In this document: one piece after another, positions 20,004 through 28,495 of the stretch | How the letters are laid out: every line of letters starts with the position of its first letter | Position numbering within the stretch: position 1 is the first letter of the stretch | Source of the DNA: an uncultured virus (IMG/VR IMGVR_UViG_3300009838_000017) | Taxonomy: Duplodnaviria > Heunggongvirae > Uroviricota > Caudoviricetes | Direction: 5' to 3' (one strand) | Length of the DNA: 64,000 bases | IMG/VR virus record: IMGVR_UViG_3300009838_000017 | Span: 62,001-126,000 of that record | Translations under genes and position numbers: made by a program | Notes under the pieces: model-generated | Seen by the model: only the letters and a program-made list of their open reading frames with translations | What the model was told of the DNA's origin: nothing | The model's database searches: none

Positions 20004-21212
20004 TCACGGGAAGGTGACCCCGGCTCGGGTGAAGGTTGACCTTGGGGAAGTGACCCCATTCCAAGGAGTGGTCAGCTTGATCCCAAAGGGAGTGTTGGTC
20101 CCCCAAGCTGCCCGTAGCCTTCCCGTAGTCATGTCATTCGGGGACCAGTTGTAGACCTCTCGAATGAAGTCGATGTCACCGGCATACCCAAAGAAGGTCG
20201 GGGACTCATACACGATGACCGGGATCCGGAACTCATCGTACTTCTCGGTGGCGAACATCTTGTTCGGGCTGGAATACTGGTTGAAGAACTCATTATACCG
20301 GGAGATGATCACCTGGCGAACACCGTCAGTGGCAACAGCATTCAGAGGGATCCCCCCTCCTGGGTAGGCTCCTCCAGTAGACCCATAGACCGTGTTCCCT
20401 ACCGCAAGTGGGAGGGTCCACTGCAAGTAGACCATCGGGTAGTTGATGGTCAGGCCGGTCCTGGGAGTGTACAACCCAAAGTAGTTCATGGTCCAGGTGT
20501 TGGCATCATCTCCTACATTGGTGAGGATGACCAAACTATCGTCATCAGCAATGAAACTGTACCTAACTGGACCCCCGTATCCGTTGATGTTCACGATATT
20601 GGAGCAGTTTTGCCGAGCAGATGAGTGGGACCCTCCAGGACTGTTGGACCGAGGGAAAACAAAGGACCCTTGGAACCCTGTAGGGGTCCCTGCTGTGGTT
20701 CTCCAAACTGGGGAACCCTTGGTGTTCGTCCCGAGGGTTCCACCACCGTTCCAAGGAGCCTCACTCGTTCCAGCTATCGTCCCCACTGGGATGCAGAACT
20801 GAACCCCCACAATCCCTGCGTTCCAGTAGGTTCCAGTTTGAGCCTCATAGTATGAAGGGTTGGCTGGGGAGGCGTTCCAGTCCTGCCCCACGTCTCCTCG
20901 ACTGAACTGGACGTAGATGTACCAAGGGAAGGTCCTCGGGCCGCTGTACCCGGTAGGGTTAGCCGCCCCCGACTCCAACGTGGCGTCGTTCATCCGGAAC
21001 ACGTACCAGGCTTGGTGGTTGAACGGATTGGCCTCATCGTAGTAGTTGATGTTCGAGGCTGACCCTCCACTCCCACCATGACGAGCGATCTCGGTCATGT
21101 TCGGGTGAGACTTCAGGAAGTCGTAGAGTCCCTTGAATACCGCCTGAGGGTTGGTGTACTGGGACCCCGAGTTGGAGTAGCAGTCAATCTTGCCTCTGAG
21201 TGTTCCGCCCAT
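20004..21212 (-). CDS. Paralog array member 2 (putative receptor-binding/adhesion protein), 402 aa
   Basis: GAGAGG RBS; closest to 21222..22433. Confidence 0.75.
   Translation of the reverse strand: MGGTLRGKIDCYSNSGSQYTNPQAVFKGLYDFLKSHPNMTEIARHGGSGGSASNINYYDEANPFNHQAWYVFRMNDATLESGAANPTGYSGPRTFPWYIYVQFSRGDVGQDWNASPANPSYYEAQTGTYWNAGIVGVQFCIPVGTIAGTSEAPWNGGGTLGTNTKGSPVWRTTAGTPTGFQGSFVFPRSNSPGGSHSSARQNCSNIVNINGYGGPVRYSFIADDDSLVILTNVGDDANTWTMNYFGLYTPRTGLTINYPMVYLQWTLPLAVGNTVYGSTGGAYPGGGIPLNAVATDGVRQVIISRYNEFFNQYSSPNKMFATEKYDEFRIPVIVYESPTFFGYAGDIDFIREVYNWSPNDMTTGRLRAAWGTNTPFGIKLTTPWNGVTSPRSTFTRAGVTFP
20906..20969. repeat. 64-bp exact direct repeat, copy 1 (copy 2 at 22127..22190)
   Basis: actggacgtagatgtaccaagggaaggtcctcgggccgctgtacccggtagggttagccgcccc is present at both positions. 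Confidence 0.9.
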
Positions 21213-21221
21213 GTCAGCCTC

Positions 21222-22433
21222 TCAAGGGAAGGTGATCCCAGCTCGGGTGAAGTTCGACCTTGGGATCGTCGAACCATTCCAGGGGATCGTCAGCTTGACA
21301 CCCTGAGGGGTGTTCGTTCCAATTGCCAGCCTTGTGCGTCCAATGTTGGCATCATTCGGAGACCAGTTGTAGACCTCCCTCAGGAGGTCTATCTCCCCAG
21401 CATACCCATAGTAGCTAGGGTACTCATAGAGCCCAACAGGGATCTTCCACTCATCGTACTGCTCCGAAGCAAACATCTTGTTCGGGCTGGAATACTGATT
21501 GAAGAACTCATCGTACCGGGAGACAATCAGCCCACGAACACCATCAGTGGCAACAGCATTCACGGGGAACCCACCTCCTGGATAGGCCCCACCTGTTGGC
21601 CCAAAAGTCGTGTTAGCTACCCCAAGGGGTAGCCCGCTTTGGATGTGAACCATCGGGTAGTTGATGGTGATCCCAGGGCGAACGTTGTAGAGCCCGAAGT
21701 AGTTGAGAGTCCAGTCGTTGGCGTTGTCCCCGACGTTGGTCAGAATGATCAGGCTGTCATCATCGGCCAGGAAGTGACATCGACCAGGTGTTGTTCCAGT
21801 GTTGTTGAAGTAAACGACATTCGAGCAACTCTGCCTGGAGCTAGCGAAGGAACCACCCACGTTGTTTGTCCTGGGGAAGACGAAGGAGCCTTGGAAGCCT
21901 GTGGGAGTCCCCGCTGTTGACCTCCAAACCGGAGTCCCCTTGGTGTTTGCCCCAAAGGTCCCGCCTCCGTTCCAGGGCATCTCGCTCGTTCCAGCTATTG
22001 TACCCACAGGGATGCAGAACTGGACCCCTACCACCCCTCCCGAATAGGCGATATTGTTGTAGTTCTCGAAGTAAGATGGAGTGGCCGGGGAGGCATTCCA
22101 GTCCTGAGTGTAGTCACCACGAAGCCACTGGACGTAGATGTACCAAGGGAAGGTCCTCGGGCCGCTGTACCCGGTAGGGTTAGCCGCCCCAGACTCTAGG
22201 GTGGCATCGTTCATCCGGAACACGTACCAGGCGTTGTACCTGAATGGGTTGGACCCATCCCAGAAATCAACGCTTGCAGCCGACCCTCCACCCCCACCGT
22301 TCCGAGCGATCTCGGTCATGTTCGGGTGAGACTTCAGGAAGTCGTAGAGGCACTTGAAGACCTCTTGGGCGTTCGTGAAGTGATTCAACGAGTTGTTGTA
22401 GCAGTCAATCTTGCCTCTGAGTGTTCCGCCCAT
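21222..22433 (-). CDS. Paralog array member 1 (putative receptor-binding/adhesion protein), 403 aa
   Basis: Same scaffold motifs; starts 1 nt after the stop of the upstream gene. Confidence 0.75.
   Translation of the reverse strand: MGGTLRGKIDCYNNSLNHFTNAQEVFKCLYDFLKSHPNMTEIARNGGGGGSAASVDFWDGSNPFRYNAWYVFRMNDATLESGAANPTGYSGPRTFPWYIYVQWLRGDYTQDWNASPATPSYFENYNNIAYSGGVVGVQFCIPVGTIAGTSEMPWNGGGTFGANTKGTPVWRSTAGTPTGFQGSFVFPRTNNVGGSFASSRQSCSNVVYFNNTGTTPGRCHFLADDDSLIILTNVGDNANDWTLNYFGLYNVRPGITINYPMVHIQSGLPLGVANTTFGPTGGAYPGGGFPVNAVATDGVRGLIVSRYDEFFNQYSSPNKMFASEQYDEWKIPVGLYEYPSYYGYAGEIDLLREVYNWSPNDANIGRTRLAIGTNTPQGVKLTIPWNGSTIPRSNFTRAGITFP
22127..22190. repeat. 64-bp exact direct repeat, copy 2
   Basis: Identical to 20906..20969. 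Confidence 0.9.
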
Positions 22434-22434
22434 A

Positions 22435-23601
22435 TCAGCCCCACTTTGCTACAATCTTGGCACTGGTACACGTTACCCTGTCAGCGGGGCCACCAGGGGA
22501 ACCTTGCCAGAGCAGGACCTCATAGTCCCTCGTGCCAGAAGGGAGTGAAAGGACCTGCTCCAGTTGAGTTGGAGTCTCGATGTTCGTAGTCAGGGACGTG
22601 CCAACGTAGTCCCCTCCGGTCAGGTCGTACACCTGAATGTAGGCTCTTCGGCCCACAGTGACCTCAATCTGAACAACGAAGCGGAACTCCGTGTTGTCAG
22701 GGAAGTCACTGGTGTTGATCCGAGCGGAACCTATTCGGGTCGGGATCGTCTGATCGGTCGTCTTGAGGCCAGCCACGAAGTCGATGTCCCGGCTACGAAA
22801 CTGAGACTTCTGACCAACAACCGTGCTTCGGGAGAGGTTCCAGTTGGTCCCATCGGAGACGAACTCAGCCTCATAGGTGACTGTCCCCGAAGGAGGGGCC
22901 GGGAGGTCCAGGACTATGGACCCACCAACCCCGTTCAGCATCCTGACCCCACCCGCTCCCGTTGTGAGGCTCACAAGATAGCGGATCCGCTGCCCCTCGG
23001 TAGCTGGGATCACCAGCTCCTCAGTGTAGAGCCCAGAGCCTCCCGAGGCCGTGATGATCCGGAAGGGCTTACTCACCCCATCCTGGACCTGAACCGTCGT
23101 GTGGGTTCCAGTGTGCGGGATGACTAGAGTGTGCCCTACATACCTTCCAACCCGAGACTTGAGGAACCGGAGGTAAGCATCGAGTTGGAAGTTCGTAGTG
23201 GCATTGGCCCTACCAGCCCACCCAGTCTTCTGTGTCTCCGTGGTCTGGTTGGTCATGTGCCCGGACTGACCCGCTGAGGGCAGAGTCAGTCCGTCTTCGT
23301 CAGCCACCCCGAAGAACTTGTAGTCGGTGGTGACCGTGGCACCTTCGGTCCTTGTCAGCTTGACGATGTAGACCCCATCCAGGGTTGGCGTGATGGTCGC
23401 CACCTGAAGGGTTTCGTCAGTGATGACTGGGGGGACAGCGAGTGGAGCAGGCCACGAAAGGAGTTCCCACTGGTACGAGGTCGCACCTGGGCCACCGTCA
23501 TCCGTCATGGTGACGGAAACGCCAGACTGGAAGCCGAAAACTGATTTCCCGCTCCCGCCTACACTACTCCCTTGTGTGAACTGGCAAGTCGCTACGCCCA
23601 T
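22435..23601 (-). CDS. Virion protein with N-terminal PKD/Ig-like domain, 388 aa
   Basis: SYQWELLSWP...ATITPTLDGVYIVKLT is a PKD-like pattern; GGAG RBS. Confidence 0.65.
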   Translation of the reverse strand: MGVATCQFTQGSSVGGSGKSVFGFQSGVSVTMTDDGGPGATSYQWELLSWPAPLAVPPVITDETLQVATITPTLDGVYIVKLTRTEGATVTTDYKFFGVADEDGLTLPSAGQSGHMTNQTTETQKTGWAGRANATTNFQLDAYLRFLKSRVGRYVGHTLVIPHTGTHTTVQVQDGVSKPFRIITASGGSGLYTEELVIPATEGQRIRYLVSLTTGAGGVRMLNGVGGSIVLDLPAPPSGTVTYEAEFVSDGTNWNLSRSTVVGQKSQFRSRDIDFVAGLKTTDQTIPTRIGSARINTSDFPDNTEFRFVVQIEVTVGRRAYIQVYDLTGGDYVGTSLTTNIETPTQLEQVLSLPSGTRDYEVLLWQGSPGGPADRVTCTSAKIVAKWG

Positions 23602-23629
23602 TTAGCACTCCATTCATCCAGAAGTGCCC

Positions 23630-24166
23630 TCACGCTAGGGTGATGGCGAACGTGACAGTCAGGGTGTCGTTGGTGAAGAGAGTCCTCGGGGCGAACTGGA
23701 TCTCATGAGCCATCGCACCAGTAGTGGCATCATCAAAGAGGGCCGTCTTCTGGACTCCCTGAGGGCCTGGAACGCCAGTGTACGTGAAAATCTTCTGAAT
23801 CACGGTCTGGGTTCCCGAGCCCGTTGGCAGGGTCACGGTTGCCAGAGAGCGAGCCAGACCTGCTGTTGCGACCCCTTCCAGGATCTCCCCAGCGAGGACA
23901 GTGTCGTTCGCTGCTGGGGCCGTGGCATCGTTCGAGAGGGCGATGTAGTTGAGCCCGCCACCGAGACCAGAGCGCTGAGACCCAACACCATAGAGGTAGG
24001 TGTGGATCCTGCGTCGGCCAGCATCCGTGACGATGTTGTGGGATTCCTGCTCGTCAATGACCTTCGTGAGCCAGATGCCCCGCTTCTCGTCATAGTCGTA
24101 GGCACGAGCATGAGTGATGGTGGCCCGAGCCCTGGGACCGGTGATATCGCTGACCTGGATGAGCAT
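23630..24166 (-). CDS. Tail-collar/fibre adaptor-like protein, 178 aa
   Basis: Start reassigned to ATG 24166 (MLIQVSD) with GGAGG RBS; HNIVTDAG...YIALSND...LAGEI...ALFD...DTLTVTFAIT pattern; resembles 7466..8113. Confidence 0.7.
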   Translation of the reverse strand: MLIQVSDITGPRARATITHARAYDYDEKRGIWLTKVIDEQESHNIVTDAGRRRIHTYLYGVGSQRSGLGGGLNYIALSNDATAPAANDTVLAGEILEGVATAGLARSLATVTLPTGSGTQTVIQKIFTYTGVPGPQGVQKTALFDDATTGAMAHEIQFAPRTLFTNDTLTVTFAITLA

Positions 24167-24187
24167 GAGTGGTTCCTCCGTAGGGGT

Positions 24188-24211
24188 GCTGGGGATAAGT
24201 AGTTCCCCAGC
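24188..24211 (-). promoter_or_regulatory. 8-bp inverted repeat enclosing candidate late-promoter motif (GAACTACTTATCC)
   Basis: GCTGGGGA-N8-TCCCCAGC with no U-tract; motif lies 26 nt upstream of ATG 24166. Confidence 0.45.
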
Positions 24212-25026
24212 TAGAAATCCATCGAATGATCCTCGCCGGAGACCGGCTGGTTCGTCTTCACACCGAGGCGGTCCTTGTCTTTCAGGCCACGGACGTACCC
24301 TCGGAAGTCCTCGTAGTAGTAGTTCGACAACCTCCAACGAAGAGCGTCAAGAACCCTGCCACCCTGGTCCTTGTTCGGCTCGTACTTGTCTCGAAACACG
24401 TACCTGATCGTGAACAAGGTGTGGGCGGGCCGAATGATGTTGAGGATCAAACGGATGTTGGAGTCAACAGCGAAGATGTCTGGAGGAAACGTGTTCTCCA
24501 GGCTGTCGATTGAGATTTGAAAACCGAACTGGTCCGAGATGTCGTAGCCAGAAGCACCCTCTCGGACCAAGAGAAAGTTCTCTGTCACTGTAACAGTACC
24601 AGAGACGAAGAGCTGAACTCCCTCTCGAATAGAGGCTGGGACGGATCCCTGGAAGTAGATCCGGATGACGTTCAACAGGAAGGTCTTGAACTCCTGGTCA
24701 TCAAACGTGGTGGACGGCAGCTTGCCGTTCAAGAACACCATGTAGCCAATGAGGCTATAGATGAAGTCAGAGCGTGTACCCTTGAAATCACTATCAAATT
24801 CAACATCTTCTAGGGCAAGCTCCAGCTTGGCAAGTTCAACTGCCACAGCTTTCAGCTCAAGCGTGTAGCTAGGCCCCTGGACCGTCGAGATGTAGTTCGA
24901 CGGGAGAAGGTTCATCAAGTTGGTGAAGATGACCTGGGAGCGGTTGGCAAGGCGGATGTTGTACTCCTTGCCAGACTGCTGGATCGTGTAGTTGAGGCGA
25001 TCCACCTCCTTGACGAACCTAGGCAT
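24211..25026 (-). CDS. Baseplate wedge protein (P2 gpI/T4 gp7-like position), 271 aa
   Basis: Follows baseplate J-like gene; LLPSNY N-terminus and ILNIIRPAHT motif typical of this wedge family. Confidence 0.7.
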   Translation of the reverse strand: MPRFVKEVDRLNYTIQQSGKEYNIRLANRSQVIFTNLMNLLPSNYISTVQGPSYTLELKAVAVELAKLELALEDVEFDSDFKGTRSDFIYSLIGYMVFLNGKLPSTTFDDQEFKTFLLNVIRIYFQGSVPASIREGVQLFVSGTVTVTENFLLVREGASGYDISDQFGFQISIDSLENTFPPDIFAVDSNIRLILNIIRPAHTLFTIRYVFRDKYEPNKDQGGRVLDALRWRLSNYYYEDFRGYVRGLKDKDRLGVKTNQPVSGEDHSMDF

Positions 25027-28000
25027 TTACTTCGCCTCCCTGAAAGTGATCGTGAAGTTCCCCAGCTCAATGAACTCCACCCCAGAGGAGGAGATGTCCT
25101 TGGAGCCAGAATCACCTCGAACGATATAGGACACGGCGTAGATGTGGTTGGTCGGGATGTCGATGGGGCTACCAGACCCAGAGATGGAGATGACGACATG
25201 GTTGGCCGTCCTTCGGAGAAGCTCTGCTTGCTGGTCGGCTGGGGTCACGAAGCCCTCGGAGATGAGCGTGGTGGGGTCCGAGTAGCCCGGAATGACCGCC
25301 CCAGCGGCTCCAATGATGAACGCCTGGTTGGGCAGCGTAGCCACCCCGAGGAGCGTTGTGCTCAGGGTCATGGGCTCATCATCCTGGAAGACCCCCTTGT
25401 GCTCAGTTGCCAACCCACCCCCATCGGTTGTAGGTGACTGTAGGCCAGTGGTCAGGATGTAGGCCAGGTTCCCGCCTATCCCCAAGGAGGGCAAATCCTT
25501 GTAGGCCGAGGTGAGGCTCTCCCGGAGCTTCCTGGACCCATCGGCATAGGCCATCTTCGCCAACGGGATGACCTGGTAGTCCACCCCCTCGGTGGCGTCG
25601 ATAGCGTGAATGGCGTCGGACTGGGCAATCCCTTGCCCGATGAGGCGCTTGTTCGTCTCCAGGCTCAGCCCAGACCGGATGGCAGGGTCAACCTTGTCCT
25701 TGGTGGCTCCTGAGAGGAGCTGGACCGTGGTTTCGATGTCCAGGGAGTTCTGGATAGCCTGCTTGGCAACCACGTCAGCCGTGGCGTGCTTGCGGGAGTC
25801 GATGGTCCGCTGAAGCTGCTGGAGAAGGTCGTTGATAACGTAAGTGACCGTGAAGTTCTCGTCATGCGAGTAGTCCACGGACACTGTTGAGCCGTTCGAG
25901 ATGTCCGAGGTGGAGGTCCTGACAATCCGGACGGGAGTGGTTGGGGTCCCCTCGATGACCTCATAGTCAGGGAGGGTAGCGTCCGGGCCGTCATACTCGA
26001 TGGAACGATCCTCGTTGAAAACCCTGATGGTCTTCGTGTTGATCCCGATACTCCCCAAAGGCTCCTCCTGGAACCCAATGAGGACGTGAACCTCATGGTT
26101 GACCAGGAGGCTCTCCCCGGAGGGAATACCCCCAACCTGATTGATCGAGAGGTAGTCTGTGGAGATGGTGCTCTCACCCTCAAGAAGAGGATCGGCCGTC
26201 TTGTAGAGGTCGTAGCCCCCAACGGAGTTTAGGGCACCCGAGACCTCACCCACCACAGAGACCACCCGTCGAACGGGCTGGAAGGAGAACCGGAACTGGT
26301 TGAACACTCGGAAGCGGTAATCCGCTGCCACCACATCATCCACGTTCGTTTCGACCTGCCCCGAGATGGTAGGGTCGAGCTTGAACGTCTGGTAGTCGAG
26401 GATCTGAGCCCCAGTGAGGGTGTAGTCGAGGCCCTGGGTTACGTTACGAACTCCAAGGCCCTGGGTTACGTTGTCCAGAAGCTCAGTGAGGGGGGTGTTT
26501 ACCGTCACCCGGCTGTCCTGAACCCGGAAGATGAGGTTTGTAGCGTCCAAGATGAGACACTGAACGTCTCGGGCCACCTCGAAGGTGAATGCGAACTTCT
26601 CCGAGACCTGACGTTCCCGAAGGCCCTGGACCCAGATGTCCACCTTCCCACCGATGTGCTTGTGCCGCACCGGGTCGTAGTCCCTCATCATCAGAGGGTC
26701 CCCACCCTTGACGACCTTGGCCTTGATGACCCCGATCTGCTCGGCTGAGGTGGAGGCGTAACCACCCTCCGTGCCAGTATCGACTGAGACGAACCCTAGG
26801 AGAGCCCTGGCTGCCAGGTCTGCGTTGCTCTCCTGGTCGGCACCATAGACCGTGGCTTCAGTGTTGGTAACCTGGAAGCCAGAGACACCCGAGGAGGTCT
26901 TGATCTGCCCCGCCGGTCGGTTCCCGTCTGCCCCGATGGTCTCGGCTACAATGTCAACCACAAGCTCGTAGCGCTTGGTATCGAAGTTGTAGTAGGCGTC
27001 TGCCTGAGAAGCAGGGAGGACGTAGGTCCCACCAACCCGGAACCGAACGGAGGGGATCCCAAGGCTGGAATCGGCACTCGTGCTGACAATGGTCCCAGAG
27101 GGCACCGTCAGGTTGAAGGTCGGCCGAGTCGAGGTGTAGAAGACAGCCTGGCCCACAGCAGGACGGCCTGGGAGCCTCTTCTTGTTGACGTTGCTGGCTA
27201 GCTTGTCGAAGGCTGCATCAATGAGGGCCTGGACAGCTTGGTTGGTGCTGTATCCGAGGGCAGCCTTGAGAGCGTTCTTGTAGGCAGAGCTGGCAACCGG
27301 GTCTGACACCCCATTCCCGCTAGCATTGTCGAGCTGAAGAAGAGTCAGAAAGCTCTGGCACTTGTGGACGAAGTCCAAGAGGAAGTACAGACGCTCGGCT
27401 TCAGAACTGAATGGGTCGATACTCACGTCACGGGTCGTGGACCCTGGGACAAGGCTCACTTCCTGGTTGACCCGCTGGATGGCGGTCACGTAGTCGGTGA
27501 CAATCTGAAACTGGTTCCTCCCAGGGAGTTCCCGAAGGTTCGTGTCGATGACCAACGGAGCCCCGAGGACCTCCTGGGAGTAGGCGCTCTCCACCTCTTG
27601 TCCAGTAGCAGGATCGTAGTAGACCGAGGTAACTACATAGTAGATCGGCAGTGTATCCGGGACGCTGGCAAACTGATCGTCATTGATGCTGTAGGCGGTC
27701 CCAGTTCTGACGTGAGTGAACGAGATGAACTCGATGAGATGGTAGTCCTCAAGGCTGGCCTTGAAGCGTAGGCTCTCATTGTAGAGGGAGACATCGTAGG
27801 TCTGGTCGAGGCGGACGGTGATGTCATTCCCGAACTCATCCTGGTCTACCAGACGGAGGGAGAGCTGCTTCTTGTTGCTGTTGCCGAACGTTGTGCTCTC
27901 AGCAGAGATGAGCTGAGCACTCTCTTCGTAGATCGTTGACTTTGCGGAGACCAGCTTGGCATTGATCTTGTAGTACCCGTTGGTTCCACCGGGGGTAGTA

Positions 28001-28479
28001 GAGGCGTAGAAGTTGAAACCCCTGAAGTTGCTGTCGAGGGGTGCCCCGGTGGTGCTGAACCTCTGAGCTGGGAGGGCAGCGAGAATGTCCACCGAGTTCC
28101 TACGCCTACGAACCCTGAGGCCCGAGGGGGTAACCACCTGAAGAACATCTGACTGCCTGACTCTGGTGATGTTGGCTGAAGAGGCACCACTCACCCCGCC
28201 AATCGTGTCGATGGTTCGGATGAGGATGAGGTTGACCCCTGGCTCCAGAGTGAGTCCATCCGGGTAGTTGTCGGGGTTGGGGATGACGAAGTTGGGGAGG
28301 TCGAACTTCACCAGGGTCGGGTCTGAGACGAAGCCCCCTCCGTTGACAGAGACCTGGATGTCGGCGGCCGACACATCCACCTTGCCCTCGATGGTGACAG
28401 CCTCTTGATTGGTGGTGAAGACTAGGTTCTGGGTGTATCCAGAACCGTCACGGAGCTTGATCTGGGGTGCCGTCGCCAT
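25027..28479 (-). CDS. Baseplate J-like (T4 gp6-like) wedge protein, 1150 aa
   Basis: PGSTTRD, DKLASN...KRLPG..AVG, VPSGTIVST, AETIGADGNRPAGQI, VTN...YGADQESNADL and GKVDIWV are baseplate-J signatures. Confidence 0.85.
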   Translation of the reverse strand: MATAPQIKLRDGSGYTQNLVFTTNQEAVTIEGKVDVSAADIQVSVNGGGFVSDPTLVKFDLPNFVIPNPDNYPDGLTLEPGVNLILIRTIDTIGGVSGASSANITRVRQSDVLQVVTPSGLRVRRRRNSVDILAALPAQRFSTTGAPLDSNFRGFNFYASTTPGGTNGYYKINAKLVSAKSTIYEESAQLISAESTTFGNSNKKQLSLRLVDQDEFGNDITVRLDQTYDVSLYNESLRFKASLEDYHLIEFISFTHVRTGTAYSINDDQFASVPDTLPIYYVVTSVYYDPATGQEVESAYSQEVLGAPLVIDTNLRELPGRNQFQIVTDYVTAIQRVNQEVSLVPGSTTRDVSIDPFSSEAERLYFLLDFVHKCQSFLTLLQLDNASGNGVSDPVASSAYKNALKAALGYSTNQAVQALIDAAFDKLASNVNKKRLPGRPAVGQAVFYTSTRPTFNLTVPSGTIVSTSADSSLGIPSVRFRVGGTYVLPASQADAYYNFDTKRYELVVDIVAETIGADGNRPAGQIKTSSGVSGFQVTNTEATVYGADQESNADLAARALLGFVSVDTGTEGGYASTSAEQIGVIKAKVVKGGDPLMMRDYDPVRHKHIGGKVDIWVQGLRERQVSEKFAFTFEVARDVQCLILDATNLIFRVQDSRVTVNTPLTELLDNVTQGLGVRNVTQGLDYTLTGAQILDYQTFKLDPTISGQVETNVDDVVAADYRFRVFNQFRFSFQPVRRVVSVVGEVSGALNSVGGYDLYKTADPLLEGESTISTDYLSINQVGGIPSGESLLVNHEVHVLIGFQEEPLGSIGINTKTIRVFNEDRSIEYDGPDATLPDYEVIEGTPTTPVRIVRTSTSDISNGSTVSVDYSHDENFTVTYVINDLLQQLQRTIDSRKHATADVVAKQAIQNSLDIETTVQLLSGATKDKVDPAIRSGLSLETNKRLIGQGIAQSDAIHAIDATEGVDYQVIPLAKMAYADGSRKLRESLTSAYKDLPSLGIGGNLAYILTTGLQSPTTDGGGLATEHKGVFQDDEPMTLSTTLLGVATLPNQAFIIGAAGAVIPGYSDPTTLISEGFVTPADQQAELLRRTANHVVISISGSGSPIDIPTNHIYAVSYIVRGDSGSKDISSSGVEFIELGNFTITFREAK

Positions 28480-28495
28480 GTCTTACCTAGCCCAA

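Noticed and set aside
16269..22433. Diversity-generating retroelement acting on the paralog array
   Set aside because: No reverse transcriptase or non-coding template repeat in the window; differences between repeat copies are not confined to adenines and include indels
16269..22433. Invertible shufflon-type tail fibre switch
   Set aside because: All copies are complete genes in the same orientation; no invertase and no inverted recombination sites seen
26429..26472. Short direct repeat (ggccctgggttacgtt) in the baseplate J gene
   Set aside because: Encodes a local NVTQGL peptide duplication; no sign of separate function
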